Origin: Eledone cirrhosa
Lineage: Eukaryota
DNA: 64,000 bases
Assembly (NCBI GenBank): GCA_964016885.1
Contig: OZ024743.1
Span: forward strand, 370,078,001 to 370,142,000
Direction of reading: 5' to 3'
The position numbers and the translations under genes were made by a program. Under the pieces are notes generated by a model. That model made no database searches. It was not told the DNA's origin and worked only from the letters and a program-made list of their open reading frames with translations. Numbering within the stretch: position 1 is the stretch's first letter; every line of letters starts with the position of its first letter. This document shows, in pieces, positions 53,257-64,000 of this stretch.

Positions 53257-54821
53257 GGAAGTGTGTAAAGCTGTCAACACCACACCAGCTCATAGCATTC
53301 TGCTTGTTCTGAGTGACTTCAATGCACATCTGAGTAAGTAGAGCAGTGAAGATCCTTGCTGCTACTTCCAGCCGAAAACTACTGAGGGACTACAAAATGG
53401 AAGACTACTGAGGGACACCCTGCTGGAGGCAAACTTGATGGCAACCAGCCCAAGGGTTAGGAAGAATCCGGGGAAGATGTGAACATACATCTCTGATATG
53501 TACCTGTCCAAGTCCCAGATTGATTTCATTCTGGTGAGGGAAAAGTGGCGGAATAGTGTTCTGAATACAGAACCATACAATTATTTCAGTACACTGGGCA
53601 GTGACCATCGACTTGTTATAAATGAGGTACGGGTGAGCTTAAGAAAGAGTAAGGCTCAGCCCCGGTGAGCAATCTAGGACTGGGGAGTTTTCAAGGAAGA
53701 TGATAAGCTACAGGAGAAGTACACAGTAGAAGCGAGAACAGGTTCAGTGCTCTGTGTGGAGAGGCAGTAGAGGAGAGAGAGATTGGAGGGAGTAAGCAGA
53801 GTCTGACGAGGAGGTACGGGTACTTCACCACTGCAGTTGCAGAAGCAAGTGAAACCCTGGTACCGAGGAGAGAGAAGAAGAGGAAGCACATCAGCTCTGT
53901 AGACCCTAAAGTGTGTGCAGCCAGAGAACACCTGAAAGCTGCCAAGGACCAATTCCATGCTGAACATCGTCCCAGTGCCAACTACAGGGGGATCTCAATG
54001 ATGTCACTTGTGGCAAAGACCCTCAGCAGAATGATTCTTAACAGGATCCAGCCCAAGATGGAGAAGAAGCTAAGGGACACCAGAACGGCTTCAGAGAGGG
54101 AAGATCAACCACCAGTCACATCCTGATGCTGAGGAGGATATTAGAGGAAGCTAGAGCAAAGAGTTTTCCTGTGGTCATGGTTTTCATTGACTTTAGGAAG
54201 GCCTTTGATTCTGTGGACCGTCACTGTCTGATGAAGATCTTACAAGCTTATGGAATCTACAAGAAGATAGTGGACCTGATATCACTGCTCTACACCAACA
54301 CCTAAGTCCTTACACCTGATGGGATGACGGAGTTCTTTGAGATACTGGCTGGAGTGTTCCAGAGAGATACATTGGCTCCCTACCTTTTTATCGTCGCAGT
54401 GGACTATTGTATGCGCCTTGCACTGGAGAAATACCTGGACTCTGGCTTTACTGTAACACTAGCTCAGAACAGGAGAGTTAAGGCGGAAAAGATATCAGAT
54501 GCTGAATTTGCTGACGACATAGTTCTGGTGACAAATACAGTGAAGGAGGCAGAGGATTTGATCCAGGAGGTGGAGATTGTGTCGATGAGTGTGGGGCTGA
54601 GAATGAATGAGATTAAGACGAAGTATCTGGTAAAGAACATTAAGAAGACAGAGAAGATTATGAATGTAGGCGGGAATCCGCTAGAGTTGGTTGAGGACTT
54701 CCTGTATCTAGGAGCAAAGATTGTGAACACAGAGGATGATGTGGTTGAGAGGAAAAGCAAAGCCTGGGCGGCGTGCCACAGTTTGAGATCGGTGTGGAAG
54801 TCCGACCTTCGTAAAGACCTG

Positions 54822-54826
<5 letters not shown>
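53257..54826 (+). mobile_element. RTE LINE internal segment (APE to RT), inverted relative to its 3' segment
   Basis: LSDFNAHL, SQIDFILVR, GSDHRLV, NYRGISMMS, FIDFRKAFDSV, GVFQRDTLAPYLF, EFADDIVL, FLYLG, KAWAACHSLRSVWKSDLRKDL. Confidence 0.87.
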
Positions 54827-54892
<66 letters not shown>

Positions 54893-55229
54893 CTACTAGG
54901 TAAGCATGTAAATATACCTGAAAATACGAATTTCCTTGTACATTGAACAAATGATAAACATTGTAATAAATTTTCGGATCCAATTAGACCCTCAACAGAA
55001 GACATCTATAACATCCAACTAACCACAAGGAAACATGTATTTGATGGGTATATATATTTGTGTGTGCCATACCTTTGTAACGTGTGGATATGGTTCCCCG
55101 TCACCAGACTTATGGCATAAAGATCCATAAGAGGGATAGGCTATATTTACACTTGATTGTTTTCGTGGATAACTTTAATATTCTTGATTTTGTGTTTGAG
55201 GCAAAAACCACTCTTTATTCCACAGAGAT

Positions 55230-55320
55230 GCTGGTTCGGCGGAGATTTCATCCTCAACATTAAAAAGACTGAAGTCGTCCACCAGCCCAAACACCCACAC
55301 ATCAGCAAATCTGATGTTTA
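55230..55320 (+). mobile_element. Small RTE RT fragment
   Basis: FILNIKKTEVVHQP resembles the RTE 'FGLTINIKKTEV.YQP' motif. Confidence 0.4.
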
Positions 55321-55750
55321 TCTTATTTCTCCACCAAAGTCCATTTAGAGAAATCTGACTATCACAACGTCTCTCTCATCCCCAAAAGCTCCCAATACCA
55401 TTGTCAATCAATCATTTTAATTTTTTGTTTTTTTTTTCTAGTTTATTTTCATCAAAAACATACTTAGCACCTCATTAACACTTCACAAGGCACACAGCCA
55501 ATTTCTTTATTTATACACCAACAAAAAATGACTTTAGATCAGTTTGGCCATTGCCACCGACGAATGCAAGAAAGTTCTCCAAACCAGGATTTTTTAAAAC
55601 TTTCCACCGAAGTTAATAGACTTATTAGATCTATATAGAAAACTTGTAAAATTATAGAATTAAATTGTTAATACGAACTACAAGTGAAGTCATTCTTTTC
55701 CTTTTTTTCAAATATACCTTACTGTACCAAGGATTTCACGCATTTTCCAA

Positions 55751-55788
<38 letters not shown>

Positions 55789-55791
<3 letters not shown>

Positions 55792-56160
55792 CGAAGGAAA
55801 TGTGGTAAGGAACCAGGTGGACCATAACGCACCAAAGTACTCAATACTTAGGGTAGTAGAGTGGGTAATAGGAACGAGTAGGACCCCGACGGCTGATCTC
55901 AAGCCGTTTCGACGGCTAATTCTGGACTAAATGAACATTTTTATCCTGGTATATGAATAGCTGAGCTTCTCAGGGGATAATTCCATATATGGTAAAAGTG
56001 ATTGTCACAAGGATTGGTCAAAAGTTTGTTGTTGAGACACATAATTCTATCATGGCAATTTGTGGAGGGAAGGGTAGCTGAACCTGCCAGTAGAAGAAAG
56101 AGGGAGAGGGGATGGAGGAAACCCAGTCGTGCGTTGATAGTGCCAACTACAGCTGGGCAG
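55789..56160 (-). repeat. Repeat family A copy
   Basis: Collinear with 35468-35790, directly after (TA)n. Confidence 0.85.
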
Positions 56161-56236
56161 GAGGTCAAGGAAGTATACAAGGGAGGGGGAGGAGGAGGGG
56201 GAGGAAGTCGAAACAATAAGTAAAACAATATAGGGT

Positions 56237-56302
<66 letters not shown>

Positions 56303-56839
56303 TGTGTGAGTGTGTGTGTGAGTGTGTGTGTGAGTGTGTGTATTAGCTCCTCTAATCTCTCTCCTTCTCTCCACGCTCTCTCTCTCTATATATTTACATT
56401 CTGTTATATGATAGATCCAAATGCCATAGATGTTATTCATTGTTGCATGAATACAAAAGTGCGGCAACATTTTCTACATATTTCTTATCACCTGCTAGGA
56501 TTATGTAATAGCCAATCCTCGATTGTTTTAAAAAATTCGTATTTGTCTGTTAAATACAAATAAATTCGGTTTGTTAAACGTTTATATAGATTTATGTATA
56601 TATGTTTGTGCGCGCCCACGCACGAACGCACGAACGCCCCAACCCACCACCACATATATGTTTTTCGACTCTATCACATACAGATTATAGTTGTATATAT
56701 ATATCTCTCTCCATCTCTCTACTTCTCTATATCTTTCTCACCTTCTAAAAAAAAAATTAAAGTTACCCTTCAAAAAAATGTTTTTCGTTTTGCCTTGTTT
56801 TCGTTCGTTGTGTTCTCTGTTAATTTTCCTAATTGTATT

Positions 56840-57260
56840 ATTACTAATCTGTGACGAACATGTTCTCTCTTCTCTCCCACATAACTTTTTCATTTTTTGT
56901 TTCTTTCCTCCACTTTTTTTGGGGAGGACGAAAGTAGGGAACTCTATCTTTTTTTCCGCTGCGATGTTTTTCCACCCTTCAGCGTCATCACACTCCCTGT
57001 CAGATTTAGCAATATCAGAAAGGGGCATGCTCTTCATTGGTATTGTTGGCACTGTTGGTGGTGGAGATGGTATTTTTGTCGTTGGCGTGGCTTGTACTAG
57101 CATTTTTTTCTGCCACTGCGGCCTCGGGTGGTTTGGCTACTCCAGTCGCGGGGCATGGTGTAGCATCGTGTGTCCACAATTCAAGATAGTCGACAACACG
57201 GACCATAAATTCGTGATCTGTGTGGTCAACTTAGATAGGCTTCATAGACAGGGACCCAAC
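56840..57260. mobile_element. Scrambled Tx1-like fragments (ORF1 end on minus, endonuclease end on plus)
   Basis: Minus ECDDAEGWKNI resembles DCDEEEGWETV at 61522-61806. Plus CPQFKIVDNTDHKFVICVVNLDRLHRQGP resembles CPHFKVVSYTVHNFEIYVLHVNSLHKQGP at 60139-60477. Confidence 0.65.
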
Positions 57261-57459
57261 GGACGCGTACTCATTCAACAATTTTTGCAGCCTTCGCGAA
57301 TGATGTGGCTTGCGAGGCTCCTATCTGTTCTATAGTGTCATCGTTACTGCTGCTTTCTTTGTTGTTTTTGTTGTTGTTGTGGTTGTCACCGTTGTTGATA
57401 TTGTTGTCTTTGTTGACGTTATTGCTGTTGTTGGTGCTGTCGTTTTTGCTGTTTAATCT

Positions 57460-57802
57460 TTTTAGAGGACTGTGTTCAGATGGAGATGAGCGGTATACAA
57501 AATATGTCTCAGAGTAGGGAGCGAATGCTCAAAGTTGTACTGAAGAAGACAATAGGCCAGGGTATGTTCAAGGAAGAAATAACAACAAAGAGGAAGAACA
57601 ACCTTCATGAAAAATCCCTTCAAGAAAACGGATTTCAGATATCCATAGACATGGAGCTGGTTAAAAAAGAGAAGACCTTAAAAAAACCTACAATGGCAAT
57701 GTTACTGGCTGCACAAGATCAAGCCCTCAGAACGAAGTGGGTGAAACACCATATTGACAAGAAGGAGGCTAGCCCACTGTGTAGGATCTGTGTAGGATAT
57801 GT

Positions 57803-57842
<40 letters not shown>

Positions 57843-58390
57843 CTCTGTCTCACATCGTATCCGAATGTGAACACCTAGCCTAGACTCAATATAAATGATA
57901 GAGGCATGATATAATAGGAAAAGTGATTCACTGGCATTTATGCAAACTAAATAATTTACAACATTCTGAGAAGTGGTATAAGCATAAGCCAGAGTCGGTT
58001 GTAGAAACGATCGAGTGAAGGTGCTATGGGATTTCAGGATACTGACAGACAAGTAATTAGAACACAATAGGCCTGACCTGGTGGTTTTTGACAAGGAAAA
58101 ACGATCGTGCCTAATTATAGATGTAGCCTGCTCCTTTGATACAAGAATGCCAGAAAAGGAGAAGGAGAAAATTAACCGATACCAGGATTTAAAGTGGGAA
58201 TTTAAAAGGATTTAGGACTGTCATGACATCAAGGTCGTCCCGATTGTCATAGGAGCACTAGGAACAATCCTGAAGAGTTTTCAAGGATAGCTAAAGAACA
58301 TTATTCCAGCCCCCTTTTTTGGAACACTTCAAAAGGCATGCTTGCTTGGAACAGCAAGAACCCTCCGATACGTCCTGAATATCTGAGGTT
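57460..58390 (+). mobile_element. R4/Dong-like element 3' part (CCHC finger + RLE), decayed
   Basis: LLAAQDQALRT...CRIC..(GA)n..ETLSHIVSEC...RHD...LWDFRILTD...HNRPDLVVFDK...IIDVAC...VVPIVIGALG. Confidence 0.88.
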
Positions 58391-58479
58391 GCAGGTAATA
58401 GTTTAATGTTCATTTGAACAAACTTTCCAGTGAAATAACATTAATGACTGTGACTCCAAGAAAAATACTTATATAAATA

Positions 58480-61400
58480 TTTTATTTATTAACCACGGGG
58501 AAAACATTATGATGGAAAACATTAATGACAGTACAAATATGGGTGTCTGCATGTACAAAAATACACACAATAACAAAGGATGTAACAACAATTAGAAACA
58601 AAAACAAATTCCCCTATAGGGAGGAGACCACCGAGGGTTACTCGGGAAGAAAGCCCACAAAAACCACAGTCACTCTGACCACTATGGGAAGTGTCCTCTC
58701 CCAGTTGTCCTCTTTTAATACTGCAGGATCACGCTCAGGTCAGGCCCATTCACACGGACTATTCTTGCCTCTCTTGCCTCCCTCACTCACCTTTAGACAA
58801 ACTGGCTGGAAGGCAGCACTTCTCTCTCCACCCTCATTTTCCTTTTCAGGTAAAACCTGAAAAACGTAAAGAGAACACTATACGACCTCTTTCACCATGG
58901 CCACCAGGCATATAAAAACTGCCTGCCCTTACTGGTTAAACGAGGGTGGCGGGGCAATATTCATGATGGACTCAGCTGATAGCCGGATCCGACCTACACG
59001 CGACAGCAGAGTTTCGAAATAAACTCACAAGTTAACGATACTTCACGAGTACGTGCTGGATGGTCTTGTCACTCCACGGGCATCTTGGACATGCCCGGCT
59101 GACGACACTTCCATGCATGTAAAGTATATCTCGAACTGGCAACGCTCCCCGGTAGCACTGCTAGGCCAGGAATTTCAGGAAGTTATCCATTGGACCTGGA
59201 ATGAATGTGCTCCTGAAGAGAATAGCAGGCGCCGAACCGCTGGCCCATGGACTTTATATTTGCTCCTGTCCCCGCATCGTATTCTTTGGTGCTGGACACC
59301 AATATGGTGACGTCATCGGCATAAGCTAACATGGAAAATGGGCCCAAAGCTACATTTTGAATTCTGCATGCAGCAGAGTTATGGGCTTAAAATTATCTAC
59401 GTTGTCCCGTTGTCCTTGTTCAGGTCCTTTCTCAGCAGTGCCACCGCTACTCGGCGCACAGAGCTGGGAATTATCCCGTTCTGCTGCCAGTTGCTGTAGA
59501 CGTCACCGAACAAGTTTGGCATGTGTACGTAATCCTTGTAGGGCAGACAATCCAAACCAGGTAATTTACTCCTCACCCAGCTAGTCATTGGCTTCGTGTA
59601 GGCTAAATCGACCTTTCGCAGTTATCAGTTTTTTGCAGCACACCTCTTCCATCACCAAGATCCGTGGTAGGCCGTCGAGGTATGGACTAAAGTCCATTCT
59701 GCGATCTGGTATGCCACTGTTCCCGAACAGTTGAGCAAAGTGCTGCTGGAAGACAGGATACATCTGCTCGAGATCGACTAAAATGTACCCGTCGTGGTGC
59801 GCCAAAGACCGGATCATGGCTTTGTTTCCACACCGATCTTCAGACACCGGGGTACATTGAACGGCTTTCGTCCCCTCGTGTCTTAATGCACGCGCCCTAT
59901 CTCTGACAACGCAACCTTTTGTGCTTAGCGTTGAAAGAGTGGTCGAGGGCCAATCTCGTCGCTTTACCGTCACGATGCCTTTTCTAAACGCCTTGTCTAG
60001 CTTTCTAACTAGTTCTCCCTCTTGTCTATTATTTTCTATAGCTTTGCTAAACTTAACGGATTCTTCCTTGATTGCCCTTTTCAGAGCAAATCACCATTTG
60101 ATTTTGACGAATACTTCCGTCAACACCCGCTTTACTAATTAACTAATGCGGTCTCTGTATGTTTTACGTGCCGGGAAGAACTTGTACAGCTTCCAGTATC
60201 CGGGTCCCTGTTTATGTAAACTATTTACGTGTAACACGTAGATCTCAAAATTGTGGACTGTGTAGCTGACCACCTTGAAATGTGGACATTCTATGCTAGA
60301 CCTATCAAGATCTTTACAGAATACCCTATCTAGATACGATCTGGATGACCCGATGTTATTTGTGCATGTCCACATTGGCACATTCGGGAAATCCAGTCGG
60401 TACCTGTCAGACGGTTGGAAACGTCTGAACAGGTTTGCGAGGCTTTTACACCCTCCTCTCCTATCCACTAATCCCACACAATCTCAGCGTGCATCCAAGA
60501 ACCCGTTCTAATCTCTCACTAACGTTAAAGAGCGGGACGTTCCTATGAAGGTCTCCAGTCGCTTGAAGAGATCAGGCCGTCCTGCCCCTATTAGGGATTA
60601 AACAGCCACTAGCCTAAAAGCATAACCTTCGTTGCTGGTCACATCCAGTACCACCGACTTACCTTCTGGATCCAGGAAGATGGTCCGTATCACGAGATCC
60701 AGGCCTCTCCGAAACAACACAGCGACTCCGCCTCCCGATCCTGGTCGGCTTGGAGATGCGTACACATCGTAACTGCCGAAGATGGGTGCGAAGGCATGTG
60801 CCTCAGAAATTCTGGTCTCGCTGATGGCCACCACATTATGCACATTTACCTGAGGTGGTTGAGAAGGTGACCCTACTTCCATGACGCCCCATGCCATGCG
60901 CGCATTTATGCTGCCTATTCTGATTAAGGTCATGTTGAAAAGGAGCGGCAAAAGATGGGAAAGACCACTTACCTCAGTTCGTGTGGAGGAAGGGTGGTTT
61001 TTCCGACCTTCTGACTGTTTGTACTCCCCCCCCCCCATCCCGGAAGGATGTCTTTATATATCCTCCTGGAAAGTGTTTGCCGGAAGTCTTCGATGTCCTT
61101 GGGGAATTTTAATTTTAGTGTTGTGCATGTTTTCTGTGTGATACAAGTGATTTGTATGTGTGGTTGATGTGAATTTTTGGGGTGTTGTATAGTTTTTCTC
61201 TGTGATGCTGGTGCTGTGTTGGTTGTCGTGTAATAATTACTTGTTGTTCAAGTTTAATGCTGTGTAGTGTGTATCGTTTTGATTGCTTTGTTTTGTTTGC
61301 GTTTGTTGTGGGTTTGTTTCTGTTTCGCTTGTTTGTGTTTTTTGCGGTGTTGGTGATGGTGGTGTTAGGGTTGATGATGGTGATGTTGTTAGTGTTTGTG

Positions 61401-62360
61401 GGGAAGGGGCTGGTGATACTGGTGTGGGTGTTGGAATAACTGTCTTAACTTTCTTGCTTTTCTTTTGTTTGTTTGTTTTGCCCTCTATTTTTTCTATAGG
61501 GCGAAGGATGTGGGTTCTTTCTTATTTGGTTTCTTTTTTTAAGTATACAGTTTCCCACCCCTCCTCCTCGTCACAATCAGTCTCTAGTTGTAAAAGGTCT
61601 TGGAGTGGAATGTCCTCCACAGGCGTTGGTGTTGGTTGTGGTGTAGTGGATGGTGGAGGCACTGGTGCTAATTCTGGCGCGGTGGGCGGTGGTGGTGTTG
61701 GTCTTGCTACTGTTGCTGTTACAGTTCCTGCTGCCATTTCTGCGGCTGGTTTTACTGGCTGGGCCAGTAGGGTGGGCAGGAGAGGTGGCCTTAACTTTTT
61801 AGCCATTCTCTGATGGCAGATGGCCTTTAGGTGGGTTACCTCGCCACAAACGACACACCTAGGCCTTCAACCTTCAACGATTACGGTGAGGTGGCTGCCG
61901 TCATTGAGGTCTATCACCTCTGGAATCTCTTGGATGTTTTTCTGGTCCGCTTGGATCAGGCGCTCCATTCCAGATCCAGACCAGTTTTCCTGTTTTACTC
62001 TTATAACCTCGATCACCTTTGTATCGGCCTCGATGTCGGCGAGGATGGCAGCCATCAGCCTGGGAATTTCAATGGCCAGATGAACCTGGGTCACCCTTAC
62101 TCTCACGAGACTATATTTTGGGACCAGTGTGAACTCATCATTTTTTTAGGGGAAACATGGAGTGCTCTCTGGCTTCCTGTGGGGTTCCAAAGAACACGTC
62201 CACGGTCCCATATCTTTGTCCATGTCTGATGTGGGTTATTTAAGTCCACACATGTCGGCAAAGCTTTTTGGATCTGCGACTCGGGTGCCCACTCCACTTG
62301 GCGTGTTTTTATATTAATCGTGCGGTATGATACATAACATAGCTCGTGATGCTGCATGGT
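58480..62360 (-). mobile_element. Tx1/L1-clade LINE, internally deleted: ORF1 with zinc knuckle and ORF2 remnants
   Basis: ORF1 CVVCGEVTHLKAIC (CX2CX4HX4C, ~61858-61817). ORF2 MTLIRIGSINAR, VVAISETR, GGGVAVLF, SYLDRVF, GPGYWK, KLPGLDCLPY. 3' end resembles 63170-63400. Confidence 0.85.
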
Positions 62361-63125
62361 ATTTGATGGGGGCGCGGTGAGACTGAACCTGTAACCCTGG
62401 CCTCATTCAGTTCTTCCTAGCTTACCTCAATGGTTTCGTTCTTGTTCGCCGATTTAGCAAAAGTCACATTTGGTTTTGCGCTGGTCTTTGTGTTGTTGTT
62501 GTTATTCTTATTCTTGGTGTTGCTGCTGTTGCTGTTATTGTTACTTTATTATTATTATTTTTTGTTTAGTTGTTGCTGTGGTTGTGGTGGTGTCAGTGGC
62601 GTTCGACTTGAGTGTCGTCATTGTGGGAGAATCCATTTTGATATCACGAGATAATTTTTTTGTTTCAGTTGTTTCACTTGTTGCTGTGGTGGTGGTGGTG
62701 GTGGTATCAGTGGTGTTAGATGTACTCTTCCACATTGTGGTGGTGGAGATGGCAGCTTAAACACCTGTAGACATTGGCAAGGCGGGAAGTCTACGTCTGG
62801 ACGTGTTAAACTTTGACGACATCTATTGCTGCTGACGCTGTTAGCGAAAACGTTATTGGTTTTATCAATTGTAACAAGGTTCACGATGGTGGTGCTGGGA
62901 GTAGTGTTTATGGTAAAGCCGCTGTCACGTGACAGCTGGCTTGATTTGTGGAGGCGTATACCATCATGTTGTTTTTTAATTCTTTGTTTGGCAAAATAAG
63001 TTTTAAATTTTGGGCTCAAGGCCCCAATATTATTGAGTGTCCTTTTCAGAAAGCAATATATATGAACTTATAAACAGTTGACAACAATGAGCTCACGATG
63101 AAACGTTTTCCTACGCAAGTCTCCG

Positions 63126-63126
<1 letters not shown>

Positions 63127-63167
<41 letters not shown>

Positions 63168-64000
63168 TTTTCTTTATTAACCACAAGGGTTCACATAAAG
63201 TAGACATTAAGGACAGTACAGGACAATACAGGACGGTACAAATGGGCATTTCTGCGTGTAAAAAAACAGAAGTTGAAATAAAATAACAAAGAAAAATTCC
63301 CCAATAGGGGGGAGACTTCCAAGGGACATTTGTGGAGAAAGCCCATTAAAAGACCACAGTGGCCCTGACCACCAGGGCAAGTGCCCTCTCCCAGTTTTCC
63401 ACCTTTAATTTACAGACACATACTCAGAGAAGGCCCATTCATTCGGGCCATACTTGCTTCTCTCACCCATCTTTCAACAAAATGCTGGGAGGAGAGCACT
63501 TCCCTCTCTACCCTGATTTTCCTTTTCAGATGAAATTTGAAAAAGTTAATCAGGGCATCACCTAAGAGGTAAGTGCTCGTCTTCAGCCCTTTCAAACGTG
63601 TCCACCATACTATCTCTTTCGCCATGGCCACCAGACAGATAAAAACTGCCTGCCCTTCCCGGCTAAAGGAAGAGGGCGGGGCAATCCTCACGATGGACTC
63701 AGCTGATAGCCGGATCCGTCCTACACGTGACAGCAGGTGTTCGACATAAACCCACAAGTCAGCAATGCTCGGACACTGGACGAGTGCGTGCAGGACGGTT
63801 TCGTCGCCCTGTGCGCATCTCGGACATGCCCGGCTGACGGCACCTCCATGCCTGTAAAGTTTATCCCTAACTGGCAAAGCACCCCGGTAGCACTGCCAGG
63901 CCAGGGATTTCTGGAAGTTGTCCATAGGCCCCGGCCCGAAAATCCTTCCGAAGAGATTGGCTAGTTGATTTTCGTCGACGCCTAGAGTTTCTCCAAGTAA
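63127..64000 (-). mobile_element. Second Tx1-like LINE, 3' end with (TTA)n tail
   Basis: WQCYRGALPVRDKL...CPRCAQGDETVLHALVQC (zf-RVT-type). (AAT)n at 63127-63165. Runs off the window edge. Confidence 0.87.

Noticed and set aside
56691-57517. Hydrophobic ORFs as membrane proteins (also 61257-61813 and 62430-62760)
   Set aside because: They are antisense readings of ACA/CAA-rich low-complexity Tx1-associated sequence.

Overview
AT-rich eukaryotic (metazoan) repeat-derived DNA with no intact host gene that I can support. The SINE type, microsatellite load and LINE families suggest a mollusc, probably an octopod cephalopod; this is inference, not a database result. About 25 kb (5473-30507) is a 23-bp satellite (consensus ATATATCCCCTACTAACCAGYTC) with higher-order structure. 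It is interrupted once by ~870 bp of non-satellite DNA and preceded by a short inverted copy. The rest is a pile of retroelement remnants: RTE (three substantial copies plus a small fragment), CR1/L2-like, R4/Dong-like (RLE), Tx1/L1-like, tRNA-derived SINEs, and many Penelope-like (RT/GIY-YIG) pieces. The main unexplained signal is a dense set of type-I hammerhead-ribozyme motifs on both strands, several with palindromic helix III, together with many fold-back inverted repeats at element junctions. Other notable items: a near-identical 4.9-kb direct duplication (30438-35349 = 38695-43606) that ends just after the best-preserved hammerhead, a twin-priming-type 5' inversion in an RTE copy, and a PHD-like finger embedded in an RTE reverse transcriptase ORF.
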